64,000 nucleotides of DNA from NCBI GenBank assembly GCA_946621465.1, contig CAMOOO010000001.1, positions 384,386 to 448,385 of the forward strand, read 5' to 3'. The stretch comes from an uncultured Clostridia bacterium. Its GTDB lineage: Bacteria > Bacillota > Clostridia > Christensenellales > DTU072. A program made the position numbers and the translations under genes. The notes beneath the pieces are model-generated. The model saw only the letters and a program-made list of their open reading frames with translations, was not told the DNA's origin and did not search any database. This document shows positions 10,561 through 20,900 of the stretch, piece after piece; the first letter of the stretch is position 1; each line of letters begins with the position of its first letter.

Positions 10561-12925
10561 TTTGTTCTCCGGTTGCAGCGGCTTCCTCTGCCATTGCGGT
10601 CTCTTCATCAGTGTGTTTCTCTTCCGATCTGTCTTCAAAGACTGCGTTTGCGCCCTCGGTTGCGTATTTCAGATACAATTCTTCCAAACTGTACCCTTCT
10701 TTTTTGAGTTCGTTAGGCGTGCAAACGCGGCAAAGTTTTCCACCGCTGATTATAGCTACGCGGTCGCAAATCTTTTCAACGACTTCTATAACGTGGCTGG
10801 AGAAAAAGACGATGTTGCCCTCGTTTGCATGTTCACGCATGCACTCTTTAATCTGATAGGAGCTGGTCGGGTCGAGACCGGTCAGCGGCTCGTCGAGAAC
10901 CCATACTTTCGGATTGTGAATAAGGGCGGAAATAACCATCAGCTTCTGCTTCATACCGTGAGAATAGCTCTTAATTTCGCGGTCGATTGCGTCCTCTAAA
11001 TGGAACATTTTGGTATATTTATCGATACGCGCGTTTTTATCCTCTTCCTTTACCATATACAGTTCGGCAACGTAACTGACGTATTCTCTACCGGTTAATT
11101 TTTCGTAGACGGCGTGGTTGTCGGAAACATAACCGATGTTGAGTTTAGCTTCCAGCGGTTGACGCGCGATATCGTATCCCTGAATCTCAATGGAACCCTC
11201 GGTAATGGTCTGAATGCCAACGAGACTCTTTATTGTGGTGGATTTTCCGGCGCCGTTATGTCCGATAAAGCCGAACACCTCGCCCTCGTGTATTTCCAGA
11301 TTGAGATCGTCCACCGCTTTACGGTCGCTACCTGCATATCTTTTGGTAAAATGATTGATTTTTATCATATGTGCTCCTTCGGGATGAATCGGTTCTTTTA
11401 CGCTCCGTCCATTCAACTCCTTTAATAACTGAACTTTATCTACACGCATCATGCGTTTACGTCTAAGTAATTCCTGGTGAGCGTCGCCGACTTTGTAAAT
11501 GGTCCCGTAAAAACCCCACATGACAAACATACATGCGACGAATATCGCCCAAATGGTGAGGATATACATATAGTGGTAGGTCATCAGGGTGTCCCCTACC
11601 TGGAACCGCCAAATAAAGTTGTATTTAATGGGTCTAGCCCAGGACATTTTATCAACGAAGAAATCACTATATAAGAAGAAATAGTCGACTTTATCATGGC
11701 CTGCAGCATAGTAGTCAAAGACTTTATTGGGTTGCAAAGACGCTGAGTTATTGAACCATCCGTCCAGCGTTGCCGCAACAAGAACGTACACGGTAAAAGC
11801 GATAATTGCTTTTTTCATAAGTTTCATATTCGGTCGATCAAACACCTTCAGTGAAACGCCTAAAATTGGCAGAACGATGGCGTATATATGGTTATAATAG
11901 AACACCATACTGTTCATGCTCGTCCACACCGAATCGGTATTAGGCATCAACAGTGCAAAAAGCGCACCGAGGACGTTAACCAAATAGGTAAAATAGAATA
12001 CGCCTTTTAGATTAAAGACGTAGGTAAAGAACATCAGAACAATCGCCGTATTACAAAGGTGCAACGGTAACGACGTGATGGACAAAGTTCTGTCGATGTC
12101 GAAATACTGAATGAATCCGCTGAGCGCCAGCATGACGAGGAAATATTTTCTGTCCGAAAGCGGACGATTCCTCATGATAAAATAGGCCGCAAACGGAAAC
12201 AGAGCCGTGATATAGATGTATATTCTATGGATAACAGTGAAACTCTTCGCCTCGTCCCCTATCAGTCCGAAAAATACCTGCGCGGCATAAATGGGCATAA
12301 AAGCCATTAGATAACATAGAATATACAAACACATTTTAGCAAGTCTGGGTAAAATGTGTGAGAAGTCTTTTTGATAAATAAATTCGAACAATTGTCTACC
12401 GGACATTCCGCCGATCCAAACGAGCAAAATACAATAAATGATCGTTTGCCAATGGGTAAAGTCGACCGTCGCTATAATGGAAACGGAAAGTGGCCTGAGA
12501 AAGATAACATTCAATACCAATAGGACAGGAGTAAACAGCGCGGAAAAATCATCGGCTTCTTTTTTCTTAAAGAACGGTAACAAAATATGAACGCCGATCA
12601 TCATCATGGTCAACCATTTTAATATAACGATCCAAACAGTTAACGATGGCGACGAGAACAACGGATAAATAGATCCAGGCAAAAGCGGATTATCCGGATC
12701 ACCGTTACCATCCAAGCCATTTTGCCTGCTGATTCTTTCAAAACCAAACAGATGCGGAATGAAAATTGCAAAAAGAATTACAGCCAGACTTTTACGGAAA
12801 AAATCATCGGCTTGTATGCTTTTTGATTTAAACTTAATTACTTTGCCTGCCAATACTTTTTTATCTAAAAATATAAAAAGAGCGGCGGCTGCACATATAC
12901 CAATACTAACTAATACTTCAACCAT
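10553..12925 (-). CDS. Fusion protein: N-terminal polytopic membrane domain of about 519 aa (YwaF/TIGR02206/TMEM164-like, LPLHLC motif) plus a C-terminal ABC transporter ATP-binding domain
   Basis: Single 790-aa ORF. The C-terminal part has Walker A GHNGAGKST, signature YSHGMKQKL and Walker B VWVLDEP. The N-terminal part is multi-TM with SLPLHLCNTAIVLMFF. An internal AAGGAG plus ATG (11379..11366) sits in front of MIKINHFTKRYAG. Confidence 0.7.
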   Translation of the reverse strand: MVEVLVSIGICAAAALFIFLDKKVLAGKVIKFKSKSIQADDFFRKSLAVILFAIFIPHLFGFERISRQNGLDGNGDPDNPLLPGSIYPLFSSPSLTVWIVILKWLTMMMIGVHILLPFFKKKEADDFSALFTPVLLVLNVIFLRPLSVSIIATVDFTHWQTIIYCILLVWIGGMSGRQLFEFIYQKDFSHILPRLAKMCLYILCYLMAFMPIYAAQVFFGLIGDEAKSFTVIHRIYIYITALFPFAAYFIMRNRPLSDRKYFLVMLALSGFIQYFDIDRTLSITSLPLHLCNTAIVLMFFTYVFNLKGVFYFTYLVNVLGALFALLMPNTDSVWTSMNSMVFYYNHIYAIVLPILGVSLKVFDRPNMKLMKKAIIAFTVYVLVAATLDGWFNNSASLQPNKVFDYYAAGHDKVDYFFLYSDFFVDKMSWARPIKYNFIWRFQVGDTLMTYHYMYILTIWAIFVACMFVMWGFYGTIYKVGDAHQELLRRKRMMRVDKVQLLKELNGRSVKEPIHPEGAHMIKINHFTKRYAGSDRKAVDDLNLEIHEGEVFGFIGHNGAGKSTTIKSLVGIQTITEGSIEIQGYDIARQPLEAKLNIGYVSDNHAVYEKLTGREYVSYVAELYMVKEEDKNARIDKYTKMFHLEDAIDREIKSYSHGMKQKLMVISALIHNPKVWVLDEPLTGLDPTSSYQIKECMREHANEGNIVFFSSHVIEVVEKICDRVAIISGGKLCRVCTPNELKKEGYSLEELYLKYATEGANAVFEDRSEEKHTDEETAMAEEAAATGEQND

Positions 12926-13565
12926 AATAAATTTTAATTATGCTTGAACGCGCCACAAAAAGGAACAAATAAATTTTTCTTATAGAATAACATATCTTTC
13001 ACACGGAAAGATTAAAGTCTTATTAAGTTAAGTAAAATATATCTATATATGAATGATTATTATGTTCTTGTTTTTATGTTCAGTTCAAGTCTGTTACCGG
13101 AAACGTGTTAGCCAATCTGCATCATCTCCGGCGCATTCGATTAACATTTCGAATGGTAGCCAAAATAAAAAATGTTATTGACGCAATACCTCCAATGATC
13201 CTTATTTGGGGCACCGCCCCCGTTCCTCTATGGTTTCATATTACACAAAGCAAAAATAAATGTCAAGGTTTTTTTATAAAAATAATTGATTATAACAATT
13301 TTTTCCATTTTTTTTCATCAAAAATAGGTGTTTTTGTATATTTATCCATTTTCGTTGTATAATATTGCCCTTTTATTCATGTCGATAAATAAAAAATAAT
13401 GGAAAAATATGGCTTTAGAGCATGAAAAAATAGATCTATTACATTTAGATGCCAATAAAAACGTGGGGTGTGGATAAATAATGTCGCCGGCCAATTCAAA
13501 ATATATTATTTGTGTGTATCTGTGGCAATATCGGATGTTCAAGACGATAAAATGAAATAAAAAAA

Positions 13566-13589
13566 GTCAAAACCGTTTTTGGTTTTGAC
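13566..13589. terminator. Terminator hairpin downstream of tRNA-Ser(GCT), usable in both directions
   Basis: GTCAAAACC (13566..13574) pairs with GGTTTTGAC (13581..13589). On the minus strand a long T run follows. On the plus strand TCTTTT follows. Confidence 0.8.
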
Positions 13590-13594
13590 TCTTT

Positions 13595-13685
13595 TGGCGG
13601 AGAAATCGGGATTTGAACCCGAGCTACGTTTCACCGTACTACTCCCTTAGCAGGGGAGCCCCTTCAGCCACTTGGGTATTTCTCC
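13595..13685 (-). tRNA. tRNA-Ser (anticodon GCT), type II with a long variable arm and encoded CCA
   Basis: The reverse complement folds by hand: acceptor GGAGAAA/TTTCTCC, anticodon stem CTCCC/GGGAG with loop CTGCTAA, variable stem TACG/CGTA, T-arm TCGGG TTCAAAT CCCGA, then G-CCA. Confidence 0.93.
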
Positions 13686-13698
13686 TGAATGTGCAATT

Positions 13699-13727
13699 AC
13701 TATACCATAAACGATCGTTATTGTCAA
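13699..13727 (-). promoter_or_regulatory. Sigma-70/SigA-type promoter of tRNA-Ser(GCT)
   Basis: On the minus strand: TTGACA (13727..13722), 17 nt, TATAGT (13704..13699). The -10 box lies 13 nt upstream of the tRNA 5' end. Confidence 0.75.
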
Positions 13728-13821
13728 TACTTTTACCGGTAAAAACATTATTTATGCTCATCTTTTCTTCCGTAAAACAAGCTCAATCATTTATATACGC
13801 GTGCGCGCGACAATATTTTAT

Positions 13822-14967
13822 TTAATTATGTTTAACGTTTCCGTCCTCAGCAACGTATAAGACGAGATACTCTTTTCCGTCGCATTCCGACATCTTTCTG
13901 TTGGCATCTTCTTCGGTCACTCTGTATTGCATTTCAGATATCAAGCCGTTTTTCCAAAAATCCTCTTTAAATTTCAGGGCTTTTTTATAAGCAACCCTGG
14001 AATTTGCAACCAATATTCCAACGCGGCTGGGTTGTTCTTTGGGCAAGGTGTTTATTACGATAGCCAGCTGAGAAAGGTTGATTTTCATGGAAATTACGTT
14101 CATCGATTCCTGTCCACTGACGTAAATCATCCTGCCACCAACGATAACCGGGGTGTCTTCGCCGATGTAGAAGGTCATTCCGTTTGTTTTCTCCTCGCCG
14201 ATGCACATCGGGTCAATGAGGATCCGGTCCGTTTTCCCCTGCTCTTCCAACAGATTCAGAATTTCATATAAATCTACCGCCCCGTCCAAACTACGTTGAT
14301 TATCAAGTTTCTTAGATAATTCCTTTACGTGTGATTTTGGGGTATCTTCCTTGATCTTTTTCAATTCGGAAAGTGTTTGCCCTGCCGCAAAATCCGATTC
14401 GGTTTCAATGACACCGTTAATAATTTTATTTGTTTTTGCCTTAGTTTCCGCTCTTTGCGAATAATAATCGACAATTCCCTGCGAAATTTCCGAATTGCCT
14501 AGGTGCATCGGATCTGTCAGTCCCAAAGAGGAAGCAATCTCCAGCGCCAAACCGCAAATTTCCGCCTCGGCTTCATAGCCGTTCGCACAGGTCAACACAA
14601 CGGAGATATCATATCCGTTTTGCGGATTAGTGGACTTTAAAAAGGAATAGGTTTCCATAACGCCGTAATAACGCGCCGTTTCGTTCCGTTTAAGAACCAA
14701 ACTATTGAGTAATGCTATGGTAGATTCGTTCGGGAGCGCTAGCATCTGTCCGTCCCCTGCAACGACTTTATAAAGGTCCTGGATTCCTTCCAGTCCTTTA
14801 TCCGTAAGATATCGTCCATAGTAGTCTACGCCCGGAACGTGGCACTTTTTATACCCGTTTGCATTTAATATTCTCTCCGTTTTGGTTATTAACTTTTCTA
14901 ATCGAATGTTCTTTTCAAAATCTATATTTTGAATGACGTTCCCGAAACGTAAAGATCTCCGTTCCAT
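13822..14967 (-). CDS. HisRS/HisZ-like class II aaRS-fold paralog with degenerate catalytic motifs (pseudo-synthetase)
   Basis: It aligns by eye with the bona fide HisS in this window (LALPNESTIALL vs MTLKPEGTAGVAR; GGRMIYV vs GGGRYNNL). The motif-2 FRYE...R..E is lost (METYSFLKSTNPQ). The preferred start is MERRSL at 14967, with GGGAGGA embedded in the stop region of the upstream giant gene. Confidence 0.5.
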   Translation of the reverse strand: MERRSLRFGNVIQNIDFEKNIRLEKLITKTERILNANGYKKCHVPGVDYYGRYLTDKGLEGIQDLYKVVAGDGQMLALPNESTIALLNSLVLKRNETARYYGVMETYSFLKSTNPQNGYDISVVLTCANGYEAEAEICGLALEIASSLGLTDPMHLGNSEISQGIVDYYSQRAETKAKTNKIINGVIETESDFAAGQTLSELKKIKEDTPKSHVKELSKKLDNQRSLDGAVDLYEILNLLEEQGKTDRILIDPMCIGEEKTNGMTFYIGEDTPVIVGGRMIYVSGQESMNVISMKINLSQLAIVINTLPKEQPSRVGILVANSRVAYKKALKFKEDFWKNGLISEMQYRVTEEDANRKMSECDGKEYLVLYVAEDGNVKHN

Positions 14968-14969
14968 TT

Positions 14970-17900
14970 TTATTCCTCCCAATCTCTGAAATATTCTTTA
15001 TAAATGCTCCATGCAGAGTCGTACGTTACTCGCGTCGAGCTGCGAACGAATATCTGCAAACCGGCATTGATATCAAAAGGCAAAGCATTTTGTTGTAATT
15101 CGTAAGGCTGTTTCGCACTTGCGTAAATATTCTTAAGTCCGGAACAACCGATAAACGCCTGATCTGCCAATTCCGATATACCATCCGGCACGACTAGGTT
15201 GTCGAGTGAAATGCACCCGGAAAACGCATGGCTTTCGATACGCAAATCGGATATACCGGACGAAAAAACAATTTCCTGCATTGCAGTACACCCGGAGAAG
15301 GCATAGGGCGAAATGCGTTTAATGCTCTTCGGCAATGTGATTTTTTTGAGCGAAGTCATACCGGCGAAGCAGAAAGCACCGAGTTCTTCTATTGTACAGT
15401 TATTTGCAAAAGTGATTTCTTCTATGACGTCGTTTTCACGGAAGAACTCGTATTCGCTCTTATTTTTGTAGATACTTGTATCGTATGGTACAAATATCTC
15501 GCTACTCTCCGTATCCGGATTGCGGATGTAAAGTACGCATTCCGTCATCAAAGTCATCTCATAGTATTGAATTCCACGTTGATATTTTTCATTCGCATTC
15601 GGCGAAACAACGTTTCCGGAACCCAATTCTTTATAGATTCCCTTCGGAATAATGGTATCAATTAAACTATCCCCTACCGTAATTCTTCTTGCTCGATAAT
15701 ACTGCGTATCGGCTCTGAAATACCCGGTTTCCGGTCTGAAATAGTTAGCACCGGTCAGCGTATCTTCGATATAAACGTATACCCCGTCTTCAATGATATT
15801 CGATAAAGCATAATAATAGTTGATATCGGAACGCAAGTATCCCAGATTTCCGGTGACGGAAATTATGCTCTTCCCTGCCTGTTCGGTAATAAAGACGACT
15901 CGTTTATCATCGGCGTTATTGTATCCAACAATAGTATAATAATCAGTTCCGCCGACAGAAACGTTTTCGAGCGAGAACGATTCCGGGTTGCTACCCACGC
16001 TGAAGTTGACGCACTTGGCATAAATCACCAAATCTTTCGACAAAACGAGCGGATACTGTACAGCGTTGAAATAATCGCTATCCAGATACCATCCGACAAA
16101 CTCAAAGTGTTTTTGCGCATTGATTATCGTTATGATATCCTTTGCGCTGTATAACGCGTGGACCACTTCCGGCTGCAACGGATACCCTTCTGATAAGTCG
16201 ACGGAAAAAGATAAGGTATGCGTGTCAAGTATACTTACTATCTCTTCGTTAATAAACTGATAACTCCACTGGTCGTTGAGTCGATAGGTATCTTTTATGG
16301 AACCGTCGGGGAAAAAGATCCTGTCGCAGTATTCAAAAGGTTCTTCATACTCGGAAACGGGCGGTTTGGCGGTTTTTATTGTGATAGTGTATCCGGTGCA
16401 GATCTTGCCGTTTTCCGTCCAAGTCGAAGGTAAAATTCCTTCAAAAGCCCCTTCTTTGATGGTTTCAAATCCATCCCCTATTACAATATTGTATACCCGT
16501 CTATCGGCGAACGCACCTTTGTTTATGGAAGTAATATTCTCTGCGCAAAACACCCCGTCCGGGACTTCCTCCGTGTTCATAACGTTATATCTGACGAGAG
16601 TCTTTCCGATGACGATATACTCATCGGTACGCAATTTTTCGTTATACCAAGCCGTGCCGTCCATGACCTCATCCCCAACAAAAGTAATTCCCTCGGGGAA
16701 ATTGATAGAGACAAGGTTAGTACATCCATAAAAAGCTCTGTTACTCAAATACCGCAACTTGGATCCATTCTCGAACTCCACGACGGTCAAATGCGTGTTA
16801 CCCTCAAAAGCGGAGTTATATATCAAAACGATATTGCTGGGGATAGTCACCAACGTATCCGAACCGCGGTAAGCAAGCAGGATGTTTCCGATAGTATCCA
16901 TTTGATTACTGGTATTGAAAATGTCCCTCCCGACGTTAGTGAATGCTTCGACGCCGATAACGGAAAGTTTGGTAGCGTTTATATTAAAGTTCTTTATGGA
17001 AAGACAGTTGTAAAATGCTTCCGCGCCGATCGTATGAGTTTCCGCTTCTTTATTCACATAAGAAGCAAGCGAAATGCACTCTAAAAAGGCTTTATCTCCG
17101 ATGGTGCCAAGGGAACTTGCGGCATTGAATTCAAATGAATTCAAATAATAGCAATAGGCAAACGCCCCTTCTTTTATTTCCGACAAACGGCTGGCTCCGT
17201 TAAACAGAACCGATTTTAATCCGGAATAGGCAAACGAATATGCACCCAAAGAAGCAAGTGAAAGGGGTAAAACAATATCCGGCAACGAGGAACACTTATA
17301 AAAGGCATAGCTCTCTATTTCATTCAGAATGGTTGTGTGAGAGAAATCGATATAGTTGAGATTATAGCAACAGTAAAAAGCGCTACTTGATATTTTGGTT
17401 AATAAGCTACCCGATGGAATGTAGACTTCAGTAATGGCGCTATTTTTAAAAGCGTTTTTGTGAATGGTAGTTACCGTCGTCGGCAAAGTGATGGAGCGAA
17501 GAAGAATATTTCCTTCAAATGCGCCCTCCGCAATAAACACGATCCCTTCCGGAACGTGCAAGGAAGAAGAATTGCCGGAATATCTATAGAATATATTATT
17601 AAAAATAATGCAGTCATCCGTCTGAGAATTATACCATTTCGTACCGTAGAACGCACCGCTGGAAACGTTCTCCAAAACGGATCCGTTCGCGATATTGATC
17701 TTTTCTAAAGAAGAACAATTATAAAAGGCATTTTCTCTGATATCTTTTATTGACTGAATGATGTTTATTTCCTTTAACGAAGAACAACCATAGAACATAT
17801 TTTCAACGATAACGGAAAATTTATCGGGGAAATTGACTTCTTCAAGGACTATGTTGTTTTTAAAGACGCCATTGATCGATTTCGTTATCCCGGACGGAAT

Positions 17901-20900
17901 ATTGACCACCCTTTCATTTCCTTTGTACCCCAGTAACCACTCGTTATACGTTACGTAGTCGCCTGAACAGGAACGATAGAAAGAGGTATTGGATAAAGCA
18001 CCCTCTTCAATAAAGGAGATACTGGATGGTAGAACAATGGACATGACGTTTTCACCGAACACCCCGGCCAAAATCCCGGTTACGCTCACGTCCTTATATT
18101 TATCCGGCACGACAACATAACTATCGCGACCGTCATAACCGGATACGGAATAGGTCCCGTCGGCATTTTTAGAGAAAGTAAACCCGGTCGAGACGTAATC
18201 TGTATCCTCGAATCTTGCATATAATACGGTATTTTCTTCTATATAGAGAGGGAAGGTAACGACGTTTCTGAAGAAGGAATCGTAATACCAACCCATAAAC
18301 ATTCTGGGGATCTCATCGATTTTACTTGTGCCTTCAACAAAGCAGATACCTTCGACGTTGTCATAGTTATTGGATGCAGAATCTATGGTGTAGGATAAGG
18401 AATAGCGGACACTATCCGTAAACATCTCGTAAACGGCTTCCGACCCTATATAATAGGTCCCGGCATCCTTATACGCATAATAGCCGATAGATATATTCTC
18501 TTTCAAACAATTATACTTCACGCAGAACAAATATTTGCAACCGTAAAAGGCATAATCTGCGACACGTTTTAACGTTGCCGGGAACTGGAATTCAAGTATA
18601 CCGATACAATTCTGGAATGCGTACTCGTCTATACATTGTAGGACGGAATCATTGTTAAAACTGACGGAAGTAACAAAACCGATATCTTTGAAGGCGTCCG
18701 TTGCGATATAAACGACGTCGGACGGAATGGTAACGTCCGCTCTTGTTCCCGTGTATTTAATCAGAACACCACCAACAATTAAGAAATCTGATCCGCCCGA
18801 TTTATCCATAAATGGCGTTTTTTCAAAGACAAATCTACCGAAATCGGTCAGTTGCAGATCTTCGTTATAAGAAACGTTGGTAAGAGAGGAGCAATTTGCA
18901 AAGGCATAATCCCCTATCGATTTGAGATTGGCGCCGGACATGGATGAAAGCACCACGCTTTTCAACGAAGAACAACCGTAAAAAGCGTATTCTCCGATAG
19001 ATTTCATCGTTATAGGAATGGTTACCGACGTTATTCTGTTATTGCCGTAAAAAGCGTAGGGAGCGATGGCGACAACAATGATATTTTTCTTCACATTATT
19101 CTGATCATACACCTCTTTATAGATGTTATCAATGTTTAAATCTGTATCCTCGCCGTTATATCCGATAATGGTCAATTCATAGTCGGTAATTGTGAACATA
19201 AAACCATTCCAGAATCCTTCATAACCGGTCCACTGGGTCGGTTGATATGGAACAGTTCTATCGAAATAAACCGAAAACTCATCCTGCATACTTTCCGGAA
19301 CGTAAATTTTTGCAGGGATAAACCCTCCGAAAGCCTCTTCCATTTGATCTTCGTTGATAACAAACGACTCACTGGCTATTCTGATTGCCTCAAGCGATGG
19401 CGAGACAATACTATACGCATCCAAAGTACAGGCGGAAGAAAACGTTATACAAGAAACCAAAGAATGATAGAACGCACCTCTGGAAATCATCGAACAGTTT
19501 TCGTGCAAATAAAATTCCGGATTAGTTAGGTCGCCGTATTGCGCCGGATAGATAATGAGTGTCCTGTAATCCGATGTGTATAGGGCACCGTTATAAACGG
19601 TGAAGTTGGAGTTATTCCCGGCGTTTATACTACTTAGCGATCCCATACCGTAAAAGGCGCCGTCACCGATACTGCGAATGGAAACGGGCAGCGAAAGCGT
19701 CGTTAGTTTTTCCAATCCGTAAAACGCCTCGTCGCCGAATTCAACGATTTTCGCACCGCCGAAAACCAACGAAGTCAACGCCGATCCGTTAGACATACGG
19801 AATGCTCCTTCGGCTATGGTCGTTACGTTACTGGGAATGGTAATCGACTGCAATCCGGAACAGCAAGAAAAAGAGTAGTCGTCAATCTGAACAAGCGAGT
19901 CGGGCAGATTTATGCCACCTAAGTTTACCGCATTAAAGAACGCATACGAGTTGATTTCGCGAACGCCCGAAGGCACGTTGATTGTAGTTCTGTTCGAGCC
20001 GGTGGGATAAGCAAACAAAATATCGTACGACTTACTATATAAGATGTCCTCTTTGATTGAAAAATAGGGATTGGTGGAGCTAACGACGTATTTTATGATA
20101 GCGCTATTCTTAAAGACACCGTCGTCAATGGTAGTAACGTTACAAAGCTTTCCGCCGACGGTAGCTTTTTCGGGTATGACAACAACATTTCCGCCGGTGT
20201 ATCCACTCACGGCGCATTCGCTCCCACCAAGAGATTTATAGATCAGCCCTTCCGATCCTGCGTTTATATCGACGTAATCACCATAAAAGCAGGTTTCGCT
20301 GAGCATGGACATTTGATAAGGAAAGGTAACGGGCTTTTTAATTCCGTCGTGAAGAACGTACCACCCGACAAATTGGTAATCATTGGCCGGACTTATCCCG
20401 TCGCAGTAGGCGTCTTGCGGCTCTACGATAGAAGTCTGTCCTGGATAATAATCGATTTCATGCGTAACCATAGAATCGGAATATCTCTTCTGGACGCTAT
20501 CAAAGTTACGATAAATAAACGTAATGGTGTAGGTATCTCTGTCATAGACGGCATAAATGACATTCGGATCTGTACTGGACTCCTGCCATCCAAAGAACGT
20601 ATATCCGGGGATATCTTTAGGCTCCGGATAATTGTTATCAATGGTTTGTTCTCGTTTCAACGTAACGGAAGACAGCTTATCCCCTGCTTCTTCCGTCATA
20701 ACGATACCGTTTTCTAAATAACGATACATAATGGGGAATTCAATCGTTTTTGTGGAAGAAACGTAAGTTGCGACAAATGACATATCTCTACGGATATTAT
20801 CATAAGTCACTATGGTGTTCGTTCCCTTTTCCGTCCATCCGACGAAGTCATACCCGGGTCTTACGTCCAATGCCGGGACGTTCGCCCTCCCCCCTTCTTT

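Noticed and set aside
13105-13542. ORFs 13105..13362 (+, 85 aa) and 13342..13542 (-, 66 aa) in the AT-rich gap
   Set aside because: No SD, extreme Phe/Ile/Lys-rich composition and mutual overlap. Most likely these are chance ORFs in AT-rich intergenic DNA.
13731-13746. Palindrome TTTTACCGGTAAAA downstream of the HisRS-like gene as a terminator
   Set aside because: The palindrome has no loop, so it cannot form a stable hairpin. There is no adjacent T-run in the correct orientation.
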